DNA of 12,086 nt from a virus (lineage: Duplodnaviria; Heunggongvirae; Uroviricota; Caudoviricetes). Every line of letters starts with the position of its first letter. The stretch's first letter is position 1. Positions 1 to 6,784 of the stretch are shown piece by piece. Where the stretch lies: positions 64,001 to 76,086 of the IMG/VR virus record IMGVR_UViG_3300020718_000011, one strand, 5' to 3'. Under the pieces are notes generated by a model. The model did not search any database, was not told the origin of the DNA, and was given only the letters and a program-made list of their open reading frames with translations. The position numbers were made by a program, and so were the translations under genes.

Positions 1-267
1 ATACCAATCCAAACGTTAGATGACTTCCATCTCGTGGAGTCTCACCTTAAGAGGATAGGGTTTACTGGCATTGAGATAATGTTCATGCCACATATGGATA
101 ACTTCGGCTTCATGTTGCTACGGAATAAACAGTATATTGCAGGTAACCTTGATCGGGCAGTACACAACCAGGACGAAGACCTACCAGTTACTCCGCAGCG
201 TTTTTTGAAACTGACAGAGGTTCAGGTAAACTGTATTTTGGACACGGAAAACTTCATCGACGATTAA
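1..267 (+). CDS. Hypothetical protein, 5'-truncated by the window edge
   Basis: Frame is open from base 1 (IPIQTLDDFHLVESHLKRIG...) to TAA 265-267; the next ATG follows at 269. The GTG at 34 is probably internal. Confidence 0.75.
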   Translation: MPIQTLDDFHLVESHLKRIGFTGIEIMFMPHMDNFGFMLLRNKQYIAGNLDRAVHNQDEDLPVTPQRFLKLTEVQVNCILDTENFIDD

Positions 268-268
268 G

Positions 269-466
269 ATGGCATCCAAACGATATTTGGAATTTACTGA
301 TGTGCTCGCTACAACGGTAAGTCCATCTGACTTTAAGGAGTATGATCTGTACTATCAACATTGTGTTGATTTAGCATCGACTACTGTACCCAGCTTTACC
401 AGATACTATTTCGAGGAACTCAAAAAGTTCTGTACCGAAGAGTGGAACAATTCAAAAACTGAATAA
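269..466 (+). CDS. Hypothetical protein (65 aa)
   Basis: ATG 1 nt after the previous stop and 2 nt gap to the next gene; tight operon packing. Confidence 0.75.
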   Translation: MASKRYLEFTDVLATTVSPSDFKEYDLYYQHCVDLASTTVPSFTRYYFEELKKFCTEEWNNSKTE

Positions 467-468
467 CT

Positions 469-894
469 ATGTGCCAATTCAAATTTGACCCAGCCGATAG
501 GAGTTTTGCTAGCCACATCAAGTTTATGTATGATGATGACCTACCTGGTAACCTCGAAGAAATAAAGAGTGAATACGAATTCATTCCTAAACCAGATTGC
601 ATACCAGACCAAGCAGTTAGAACTGGAACATATGCTATTCGTGAAAGAGGTTTCTACCAAGAGGTAGAAAGGTATAAGGATCTCTGGGTAAAGAAAGGTA
701 GATGGGATAATCGTTATATGCAATCCCGCTGGGAATTATTTCCACAACTAGCTGACAAAGAATACGAAGCACTCTACAAGGTACCACAAAAGGTACTCAA
801 TAAAAAATGGTTAACCAATTTGAGATCATACTTACATTGGAAGGAGCTTCGAAAAATAAGTCGTGATGTCCGTAAAACTTTTTTGAAGGATTAA
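469..894 (+). CDS. Hypothetical protein (141 aa)
   Basis: Tightly packed + strand ORF; its TAA (892-894) lies inside the ATTAAC box of the next promoter. Confidence 0.85.
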   Translation: MCQFKFDPADRSFASHIKFMYDDDLPGNLEEIKSEYEFIPKPDCIPDQAVRTGTYAIRERGFYQEVERYKDLWVKKGRWDNRYMQSRWELFPQLADKEYEALYKVPQKVLNKKWLTNLRSYLHWKELRKISRDVRKTFLKD

Positions 895-936
895 CATTTC
901 CTTAACAAGGACCAATTAAACTATTGTTTACTTTTG
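890..936 (+). promoter_or_regulatory. Promoter P956 (Bacteroidota-type -7 box plus paired TAAC boxes)
   Basis: TACTTTTG at 929-936 matches TAnnTTTG; ATTAAC-N5-CTTAAC at 890-906; AT-rich leader to ATG 956; near-identical to P1973. Confidence 0.85.
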
Positions 937-955
937 TCTTATAAAATTAAAGGAC

Positions 956-1444
956 ATGGGATATACACATTCTTGGAAAAGATCTCTTACTCTCGATAAG
1001 GATAAGTTTAAAAGTTTCGTTGCAGATTGCCAACGCATAATGAGTGCGTCCGGAGTAGAACTAATAGATGGTAAATTCCACCAGGAATTCCACGAACTTC
1101 GCTACGGTAAAACTCCAATAACATCCTTGGTCATGCTTCGTTTCATTGGCAAGGACGCACAGGATGTATTCACCATTCCAAGAATATTAGTACCTAAGGA
1201 CTATCAAGGACCAGACGCAGAAGGACTATACTTCAATTGTTGTAAGACCATCAGGCTCCCTTACGATACTCCGGTATTGGCGTGCTTACTCGCACTCAAA
1301 CATTGGTTTCCCGAAACGAAAGTTCGTTCAGATGGTTGGCCAGAAGAGCTGGTTCTTGGAATGGAACTCTACAATAAAGTATTAGGTTATAACGATTTAG
1401 AAACATACCTCTTTGAAGGTTGTGGTCATATAAAAAACAAATAA
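956..1444 (+). CDS. Conserved phage hypothetical protein (MGYTHxW...CKT.x.PYD...SDG pattern)
   Basis: Directly downstream of a promoter. The MGYTHSW, FNCCKT..LPYD..V.ACL and SDG motifs resemble a widespread uncharacterised phage family (recalled from memory, not searched). Confidence 0.85.
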   Translation: MGYTHSWKRSLTLDKDKFKSFVADCQRIMSASGVELIDGKFHQEFHELRYGKTPITSLVMLRFIGKDAQDVFTIPRILVPKDYQGPDAEGLYFNCCKTIRLPYDTPVLACLLALKHWFPETKVRSDGWPEELVLGMELYNKVLGYNDLETYLFEGCGHIKNK

Positions 1445-1448
1445 TGTT

Positions 1449-1910
1449 ATGGGATTTCAAATACGAAACGACAAGGGAGAACCAGTTGTAATGAAAGTAC
1501 TCGACCAAGAAGCCTGCACCCTCTGGGGTGAAGAGAATGACCCGAAATATTGGGCGTCACCAATTAAAATCATACCCAAGCCATCTGACGAGGAAGGCCC
1601 GGAAGCGTTACAAAAATGGAAAGACCAATATGGTGGACAGTACCAACAGGCCAGTAAGAAGATGTCACACAACTGGTTTGACCAGGTTGGTTGGCTCATT
1701 CACGAAGGTGCGGACTCTTGGGATAAGTTACTCGAAATATACCTTGCTCCATACGAGAAAATGGTAACGGATATTGAAATCTCTTGCCCTGACGAGAAGG
1801 ATGAAGTACGCCCAATGATAATGGAGTCTGCACCAGTTAAACCTACTGTAGAACTTATCGAATTGTGGAGGAGTAAAGGCTACACTCCGCATCCTGTTAA
1901 AGATTATTAA
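1449..1910 (+). CDS. Hypothetical protein, paralogue family A copy 1
   Basis: Shares FQI..GE, LD.E, [WY]AS, NWF[DE]..G..IH, WD and KP...L...W..KGY.P motifs with 1973-2413 and 3929-4360. Confidence 0.92.
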   Translation: MGFQIRNDKGEPVVMKVLDQEACTLWGEENDPKYWASPIKIIPKPSDEEGPEALQKWKDQYGGQYQQASKKMSHNWFDQVGWLIHEGADSWDKLLEIYLAPYEKMVTDIEISCPDEKDEVRPMIMESAPVKPTVELIELWRSKGYTPHPVKDY

Positions 1911-1952
1911 CAACTCCCTAACAGGAACCGATTAAACTATTGATTACTTTTG
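1906..1952 (+). promoter_or_regulatory. Promoter P1973
   Basis: TACTTTTG 1945-1952; ATTAAC-N5-CCTAAC 1906-1922; ATTAAACTATTGWTTACTTTTGTCTTATAAAA shared with P956. Confidence 0.85.
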
Positions 1953-1972
1953 TCTTATAAAAATAATGGAAT

Positions 1973-2413
1973 ATGTTTCAGATAAAAAACGCTCAGGGTG
2001 AAACCATCAGTATGGGCAAAATAGATGAAGAGGTAGCAGCCTTCTGGGGTATTGAACTACGCCCAAGGAGTTACGCTTCACCAATTACGGTAACTCCTTT
2101 ACCTGAAGGGTACAAAAAGGAAGACGATGACGGGAAACTCCGTAAAAAGAATATGGAAGAGATGCAACAGAGGATACTCTGTAATTGGTTTGACCAATTG
2201 GGCTTCATCATTCATGAAGGTGCGGACACCTGGGATTTTGTAAAGGAGAAATACCTCAAGCCATACGAGGATTTGTTAAACGAATATAAGGAGGAGCCAA
2301 ACTTCGAGACGATACGTACCGAATTAATGAATACTCCGCCGGTAAAACCAATGCTCGACCTTATTGAGTACTGGAGGTCTAAAGGTTACACACCAGTCCC
2401 AGTAAAGGAATAA
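1973..2413 (+). CDS. Hypothetical protein, paralogue family A copy 2
   Basis: NWFDQLGFIIHEGADTWD and WRSKGYTPVPVKE closely match copy 1 (NWFDQVGWLIHEGADSWD, WRSKGYTPHPVKD). Confidence 0.92.
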   Translation: MFQIKNAQGETISMGKIDEEVAAFWGIELRPRSYASPITVTPLPEGYKKEDDDGKLRKKNMEEMQQRILCNWFDQLGFIIHEGADTWDFVKEKYLKPYEDLLNEYKEEPNFETIRTELMNTPPVKPMLDLIEYWRSKGYTPVPVKE

Positions 2414-2466
2414 CAAATCCTTAACGCTGGGTTTGATACAACCTATCCGACTATTGATTACTTTTG
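2409..2466 (+). promoter_or_regulatory. Promoter P2489 with degenerate palindromic operator
   Basis: TACTTTTG 2459-2466; AATAAC-N5-CTTAAC 2409-2425; GTTTGATA-N5-TATCCGAC 2431-2451. Confidence 0.85.
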
Positions 2467-2488
2467 TCTTAATAAAATAATCAATTCC

Positions 2489-2782
2489 ATGTTCAGTATT
2501 AATCTTAAAAACTACCCCGGAGCGTACAAGGCAGCAACCAAGACCTTTAGTATGAGTGAGAAAGGTATTCCCTTTGGGACTTCTTACGAATTACACAACC
2601 CCGATACGGGCGGGAAAATAGAAGTTGAGTTTAGTCACTCAACAGGCAGTGAGTGGGATCCAAAGACCATATACGTATGGAAATCTAAGGACAAGGAGTA
2701 CACATTGGAACTACATAACGACAAAGAAATAACGGAGCAACGTGCAGCCGCATACTTAGCAGCTAAAACTCGGAGAGCATGA
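2489..2782 (+). CDS. Hypothetical protein (97 aa)
   Basis: First gene after P2489; ATGA overlap with the next gene. Confidence 0.85.
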   Translation: MFSINLKNYPGAYKAATKTFSMSEKGIPFGTSYELHNPDTGGKIEVEFSHSTGSEWDPKTIYVWKSKDKEYTLELHNDKEITEQRAAAYLAAKTRRA

Positions 2783-3663
2783 AAAAGAAACTAAGTCTAT
2801 TTACGAAAACGCTCTTCGGGTTAGTTAATCACCGTGCGAAGAATGGTTACCCCGAATGTCCAATCCACGAGAGTAGGAGATTACCCAAAAGTGATTTGGA
2901 GCAAATGGAGTATTATACATATGACTCCGATGGGAACAACTATGAGATATACCGCAAAGAAATAGATAGGGGACTTAACTGGAAGGAGTATAAGTATTAC
3001 AACTACCGTGGCCGAGAGGTCAAAGAGGTTTGGCCTAAAGGAGAACGCAGAAAGAAACCTAAGAAGGGTGAGGAGAATATGGTAACGGAAACCATTGGTC
3101 AAAGAGTAAGACCAAAATGGGAGCAGGTTGAATCACATTGGGACAAGCAAGACATCGAGGAGTATGTGAATTTAATTACCGACGAACAAATAAAGAAAAC
3201 GAAATTCTGGTATCAGTTTCCCGTTGATAAGTTGGAGTTACCTCAAATAGTACAACTTATCATGGAGGACATAAACGAACTACTCCGACACAACGGTAAA
3301 TTCTACAACCTAATGAGTGAACGGGAAGAAGCCGCAGTGTGTGCAGGTAAGATGAAGATAACACTTGATGAGTTACAGGCTAAGTTACCCAAGGTAGAGG
3401 AGAAGGACGCAACAACAGTACGAGAGTTACTTAAGGCACTCAATATCCAATGGGTTGATGTATTATGTACCCAGATGAGATATGCAGGTATCAGGGATTT
3501 AGTAAGAGAGTTACATTATTCTGAAATACTCCGTATTAAAGAAGTCAGGTTTGAATATAAGAAGAGGCTCACACTACAAAAGGCAAGTGATGATGAGAGT
3601 ATAGCGAGGCACATGGGTATAGAGGAAGTGGTGCAAGGAAGAGAAGAGCACCAAACAAAATAG
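2779..3663 (+). CDS. Hypothetical protein (294 aa, charged, helical C-terminal half)
   Basis: Long ORF coupled by an ATGA overlap and followed by a terminator. Confidence 0.9.
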   Translation: MKKKLSLFTKTLFGLVNHRAKNGYPECPIHESRRLPKSDLEQMEYYTYDSDGNNYEIYRKEIDRGLNWKEYKYYNYRGREVKEVWPKGERRKKPKKGEENMVTETIGQRVRPKWEQVESHWDKQDIEEYVNLITDEQIKKTKFWYQFPVDKLELPQIVQLIMEDINELLRHNGKFYNLMSEREEAAVCAGKMKITLDELQAKLPKVEEKDATTVRELLKALNIQWVDVLCTQMRYAGIRDLVRELHYSEILRIKEVRFEYKKRLTLQKASDDESIARHMGIEEVVQGREEHQTK

Positions 3664-3689
3664 GTTTTAATGGTTACGTTTGATAGAAG

Positions 3690-3717
3690 AAGGTCACCCT
3701 CATCAGGTGGCCTTTTT
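3690..3717 (+). terminator. Intrinsic terminator
   Basis: AAGGTCACC / GGTGGCCTT 9-bp stem (one G-U) with T tail, 27 nt after the stop at 3663. Confidence 0.85.
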
Positions 3718-3831
3718 CATTATGAATAATGTCTTATGCGAGTGGTTGAAAAAATATGAATAATTGCGGGGCGCACTCTCGAATTTTTATTACATGAAAA
3801 TTTTAAAAATATAAAAGTGGTTGTAAAATAT

Positions 3832-3888
3832 CTTAACATAATATTAACAATAATAATTTTTTTATTTGAAATCGATTGATTACATTTA
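3832..3888 (+). promoter_or_regulatory. Promoter P3929 (variant -7 box TACATTTA)
   Basis: CTTAAC-N5-ATTAAC 3832-3848; T-tract/ATTTGAA spacer shared with P5649; TACATTTA 3881-3888 at the same 33-nt spacing. Confidence 0.7.
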
Positions 3889-3928
3889 CATGTAAATTAA
3901 AATTTTTAACAAATAGATAACTTTTCCT

Positions 3929-4360
3929 ATGTCGTTTCAGATAAGAAAGAATGGTGAACCTCTTAACATCAAAGCCCTCGACCAGGAGGCAGCGGACTTC
4001 TACAAGGTTCCGGTAGATCCAACAAGTTACGCAAGTCATGTCATACTTCCTGATGAGGATGACCCAAAATATCTGGATATGCTCCAACGCCAAATGGGAC
4101 TTAACTGGTTCGAACGTATCGGTGGTTCAATACATTTTGTTGGTAGCACTACAGAACCTGCACAACCTGAGGTTCAGCTCACATGGGATGCAGTCCGTAA
4201 GCAAATGATCCGTTATTACGTAGCGGCTTTCATGAAACACAACAAGACGGAAGAGGAAGCCACCAAAATGGTGGAAGAGGATACTACACACAACAAACCA
4301 TTACTTGACTTGACCCGTCATTGGGAAGGGAAAGGTTATGTTCCATATTATGTTTCATAA
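3929..4360 (+). CDS. Hypothetical protein, paralogue family A copy 3 (divergent)
   Basis: MSFQIRKNGEP, LDQEAA, YAS, NWFERIG..IH, TWD and KPLLDL..HWEGKGYVP match the family motifs. Confidence 0.9.
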   Translation: MSFQIRKNGEPLNIKALDQEAADFYKVPVDPTSYASHVILPDEDDPKYLDMLQRQMGLNWFERIGGSIHFVGSTTEPAQPEVQLTWDAVRKQMIRYYVAAFMKHNKTEEEATKMVEEDTTHNKPLLDLTRHWEGKGYVPYYVS

Positions 4361-4365
4361 GTTCT

Positions 4366-4509
4366 TTAAATGATGTAAAGGTAGGCTTAGAAGCAGCCAT
4401 CCTCTCAAGAGTGGGTTAACGAGGTAAAAGCTCGAACTTGCAACTCCGTTTAATCGGACGAGAAAGAGTAAGTATGACCCTTAGTCGTAACAGCACATAC
4501 ATCATTTAA
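4366..4509 (+). ncRNA. Structured ncRNA mimicking the 23S rRNA GTPase-associated centre (H43-H44, E. coli ~1054-1105) with a 72-nt insert
   Basis: 4384-4401 GGCTTAGAAGCAGCCATC is 18/18 identical to E. coli 23S 1062-1079; 4486-4497 CGTAACAGCACA matches 1092-1103 at 10/12; perfect 12-bp closing stem TTAAATGATGTA (4366-4377) / TACATCATTTAA (4498-4509); fills the intergenic gap. Confidence 0.85.
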
Positions 4510-4526
4510 TTTTAAAAATTCTAACT

Positions 4527-4877
4527 ATGCCACAGAAAAAGAAACTCAAACCGAGACTTAAAGACATCATACCACCAAACGCTACGGTGGAACAACTAAT
4601 TAAAATACTTCCCGCCAAAACGCATAACTGCGAACCCTTTGGATTGATGCTCATGACTACAGCACCAAAGGGTTGGTCGTGTACCTATTACACTCACTAT
4701 TCCAAAAAGAGTGACGACCGCTTCCGACCGTGCATAGCCAATACTCCGCAGGGTGCACTCAAAAAAATGATTGCGGAGTTTTTACGTAATGATATAGGTA
4801 CTGCTTTACGTGTTTCGAAGAGTACCCTAAAAAGAATAGGGTCTACTATAATACCTATCAAAAGAAGGTCCAACTAA
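4527..4877 (+). CDS. Hypothetical basic protein (116 aa)
   Basis: ATG after an AT-rich leader just downstream of the ncRNA; K/R-rich. Confidence 0.85.
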   Translation: MPQKKKLKPRLKDIIPPNATVEQLIKILPAKTHNCEPFGLMLMTTAPKGWSCTYYTHYSKKSDDRFRPCIANTPQGALKKMIAEFLRNDIGTALRVSKSTLKRIGSTIIPIKRRSN

Positions 4878-4908
4878 AACAATTACTTACCGCCTAAATT
4901 AGTCAAAC

Positions 4909-5412
4909 ATGCCGGACACAACTAAAAAACTCTCTAAGGAAGAGTTCGTGACCTATAAGAGGTCATTTGATTCAAACAAATACTTGGTAAACTATGATGT
5001 ACGAAACCTATTGACTGGTGACGGAGAAACCGAACACATTAACGAAGACCTCGAAGGTCTTGATATTGATGCCATTATGAAACTCCGGAGAGTACCACGT
5101 CATGTAGCCGAAGCATATTACGAATGGATGGAAAATCCATTTGAGCAAACCAAAGAGGATGACGAAAAACTACTTACCGTATTAAAAAGTGTATGTAGTC
5201 ATCCCGAACTAATTCTTGTTAACGATGCCCTTTGGTGTGACATCGAGATGGCTGAGAAATGGTCAGAGTTTAACGAAGGCCAAGACGATGGTTATAAACT
5301 TGGTGGAAAGAACGATGACTTCACCGACATTGGTACTGGTGCATTATTAAACGAAGACGCATTCCTCGACGCAATAGCACACGTTTGCGATGCGAGTGAA
5401 GAAGAGGACTAA
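4909..5412 (+). CDS. Hypothetical acidic protein (167 aa)
   Basis: ORF with about 41 D/E versus 17 K/R (hand count). Confidence 0.88.
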   Translation: MPDTTKKLSKEEFVTYKRSFDSNKYLVNYDVRNLLTGDGETEHINEDLEGLDIDAIMKLRRVPRHVAEAYYEWMENPFEQTKEDDEKLLTVLKSVCSHPELILVNDALWCDIEMAEKWSEFNEGQDDGYKLGGKNDDFTDIGTGALLNEDAFLDAIAHVCDASEEED

Positions 5413-5473
5413 AGAACGTTCCTGGTAGGGATTAACAAAGTCCTGTAGATTACTAAAATCTTACCTAAACGAT

Positions 5474-5505
5474 AAGGTTGTAAGTGAAAACTTATGACCT
5501 TTTTT
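5474..5505 (+). terminator. Intrinsic terminator with GAAA tetraloop
   Basis: AAGGTTGTAAGT-GAAA-ACTTATGACCTT 12-bp stem (two G-U) followed by TTTT. Confidence 0.85.
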
Positions 5506-5573
5506 AATGGGGATACCACAAAGGACCTGAGTTAGTAAGGCGCCCTCTCATAGATTATACGGCATCGAAAACA

Positions 5574-5630
5574 TTTATATTTTCTTTAACGATGGTTATT
5601 TTTTTATTTGAATACTATTCATTACATTTG
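5574..5630 (+). promoter_or_regulatory. Promoter P5649
   Basis: TACATTTG 5623-5630; TTTATA-N5-TTTAAC 5574-5590; CATTTATAWTTTCTTTAAC shared with P8292. Confidence 0.85.
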
Positions 5631-5648
5631 TCTTATAAATTTATTCTT

Positions 5649-6314
5649 ATGCCACAGGATAATACAAGTGATGAAATTAAACCAATAGAAGGATTAGGTA
5701 GATTGATACCACAAGAACGATGCCTAGATTTCGTACTTGCTGGAAAATGTATAATTACCGTTAAGAGTCTTGGACCTCGAAAACCAAATATGCCTGAGAG
5801 GGTTACCTACAAAATAGCCTGTAAGCGTGGGGTTAAACCGGAAGACGCAGACATTTGGTTTATAAACGTTCTTACTGGACCCAATAATAATTCTCATTAT
5901 AAGTATATGGGATTTATAAAACACATAAATGGTACTATAGAATATAGACGAGATAATAAAAAGAGTTCAATTGGTGAAGATGCACCCAGTAACATTATAT
6001 GGTCATTCGTCTTCAAGATGTTCGCCCAACGCCAAACTAGCAGATTATTGGAAGTGTGGCATGCTGGAAGATGTTGTCGTTGTGGCTTGAGATTAACAGA
6101 CCCCGATAGTATTGCTCTTGGATTAGGCCCACATTGTGCAGGGGTTACTAAAGTTTGGCGACCCTTACAAGTAATAGAAAACATTAAGAAAGGTACATTG
6201 GTGGATTACAATAAGATGTTAGAGAATCGTACCGACGTTACCCTAACACCCGAACAGGAAGAACGAGCAAGAAAATTGACAAAGGGACATAATTTACTAA
6301 ACCGAAATAAATAA
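5649..6314 (+). CDS. DUF6011-like Zn-binding domain protein
   Basis: GRCCRCGLRLTDPDSIALGLGPHC fits the DUF6011 pattern CxxCGxxLTdpxSixxGxGPxC; N-terminal VLAGK..ITV..TYKI..WFINVLTGPNN..Y.YMGFI block is typical of such phage proteins. Start moved from 5592 to ATG 5649 because 5592 lies inside the promoter. Confidence 0.8.
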   Translation: MPQDNTSDEIKPIEGLGRLIPQERCLDFVLAGKCIITVKSLGPRKPNMPERVTYKIACKRGVKPEDADIWFINVLTGPNNNSHYKYMGFIKHINGTIEYRRDNKKSSIGEDAPSNIIWSFVFKMFAQRQTSRLLEVWHAGRCCRCGLRLTDPDSIALGLGPHCAGVTKVWRPLQVIENIKKGTLVDYNKMLENRTDVTLTPEQEERARKLTKGHNLLNRNK

Positions 6315-6315
6315 T

Positions 6316-6537
6316 ATGGACATACTAATCAGAGTAACAAAAGCAGAAAACATCAAGGGTACAGGAGATACCCTATACTCAATATCCTATATGGATCCGA
6401 TGGAGGATATTGGTGGTAGTCAGCTCATACTTGCTAATGATGAAGACGAAGCAACCGAAATTTTTTGGCAGGAGTTCGATGGAGAAGAGGGTGAACTACA
6501 AATAATAGTAATTGGTAAAATAGTAAAAGAAAATTAG
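6316..6537 (+). CDS. Small acidic hypothetical protein (73 aa)
   Basis: 1 nt after the previous stop; about 17 D/E versus 5 K/R. Confidence 0.82.
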   Translation: MDILIRVTKAENIKGTGDTLYSISYMDPMEDIGGSQLILANDEDEATEIFWQEFDGEEGELQIIVIGKIVKEN

Positions 6538-6539
6538 TT

Positions 6540-6764
6540 ATGGCATTTACTAAACGATCACCCGAACGGGACGATAAAAGGTTTAAAGTTATACGGGAGA
6601 GTATTGTCTTGGCCAATTATGTTTTTAGCCAGGACTCTAAAACTAAACCCTGGTTAAAACCCGAAGGACGCAATCTAATTGAGATTGCCCGTAAAGAAGT
6701 ACCATATTCACAAAAAACTACGCCCAGGATATTTTTGGATGGTTGCGTAGAACATGGAAAATAG
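6540..6764 (+). CDS. Hypothetical protein; may extend to 6781 via a -1 frame change at 6732-6736
   Basis: Packed ORF; the -1 frame after the T5 run reads FGWLRRTWKIETNRI and stops at 6779-6781, 3 nt before the next ATG. Confidence 0.78.
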   Translation: MAFTKRSPERDDKRFKVIRESIVLANYVFSQDSKTKPWLKPEGRNLIEIARKEVPYSQKTTPRIFLDGCVEHGK

Positions 6765-6784
6765 AGACAAATCGAATATAAATT

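Noticed and set aside
890-2425. Integron attC cassettes (stop codon inside a ...TAAC site)
   Set aside because: Boxes do not fit RYYYAAC, there is no matching GTTRRRY or long imperfect palindrome, no integrase is present, and the downstream sequence is a promoter.
3721-3823. Short direct repeats TATGAATAAT (3721, 3755) and AGTGGTTG (3741, 3816)
   Set aside because: Only two copies each in AT-rich DNA, irregular spacing, and not found at other promoters.
4366-4509. Annotating this as a real 23S rRNA gene fragment or as a tRNA
   Set aside because: Similarity covers only the ~52-nt GAC core, is split by an insert and is closed by a non-rRNA stem between intact phage-like genes; there is no cloverleaf, T-loop or CCA.
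5510-5575. Hammerhead ribozyme or c-di-GMP riboswitch around 5417-5575 (CCTGAG...CGAAA; CAAAG...CCTAAAC)
   Set aside because: No CUGANGA core with three supporting stems, and the riboswitch helices and tetraloop/receptor cannot be built.
5592-5648. Upstream start at 5592 (and likewise 9798-9854) given by the ORF track
   Set aside because: These starts lie upstream of the -7 box inside the promoter, so they would not be on the transcript; ATG 5649 and 9855 match the leader spacing of the other units.
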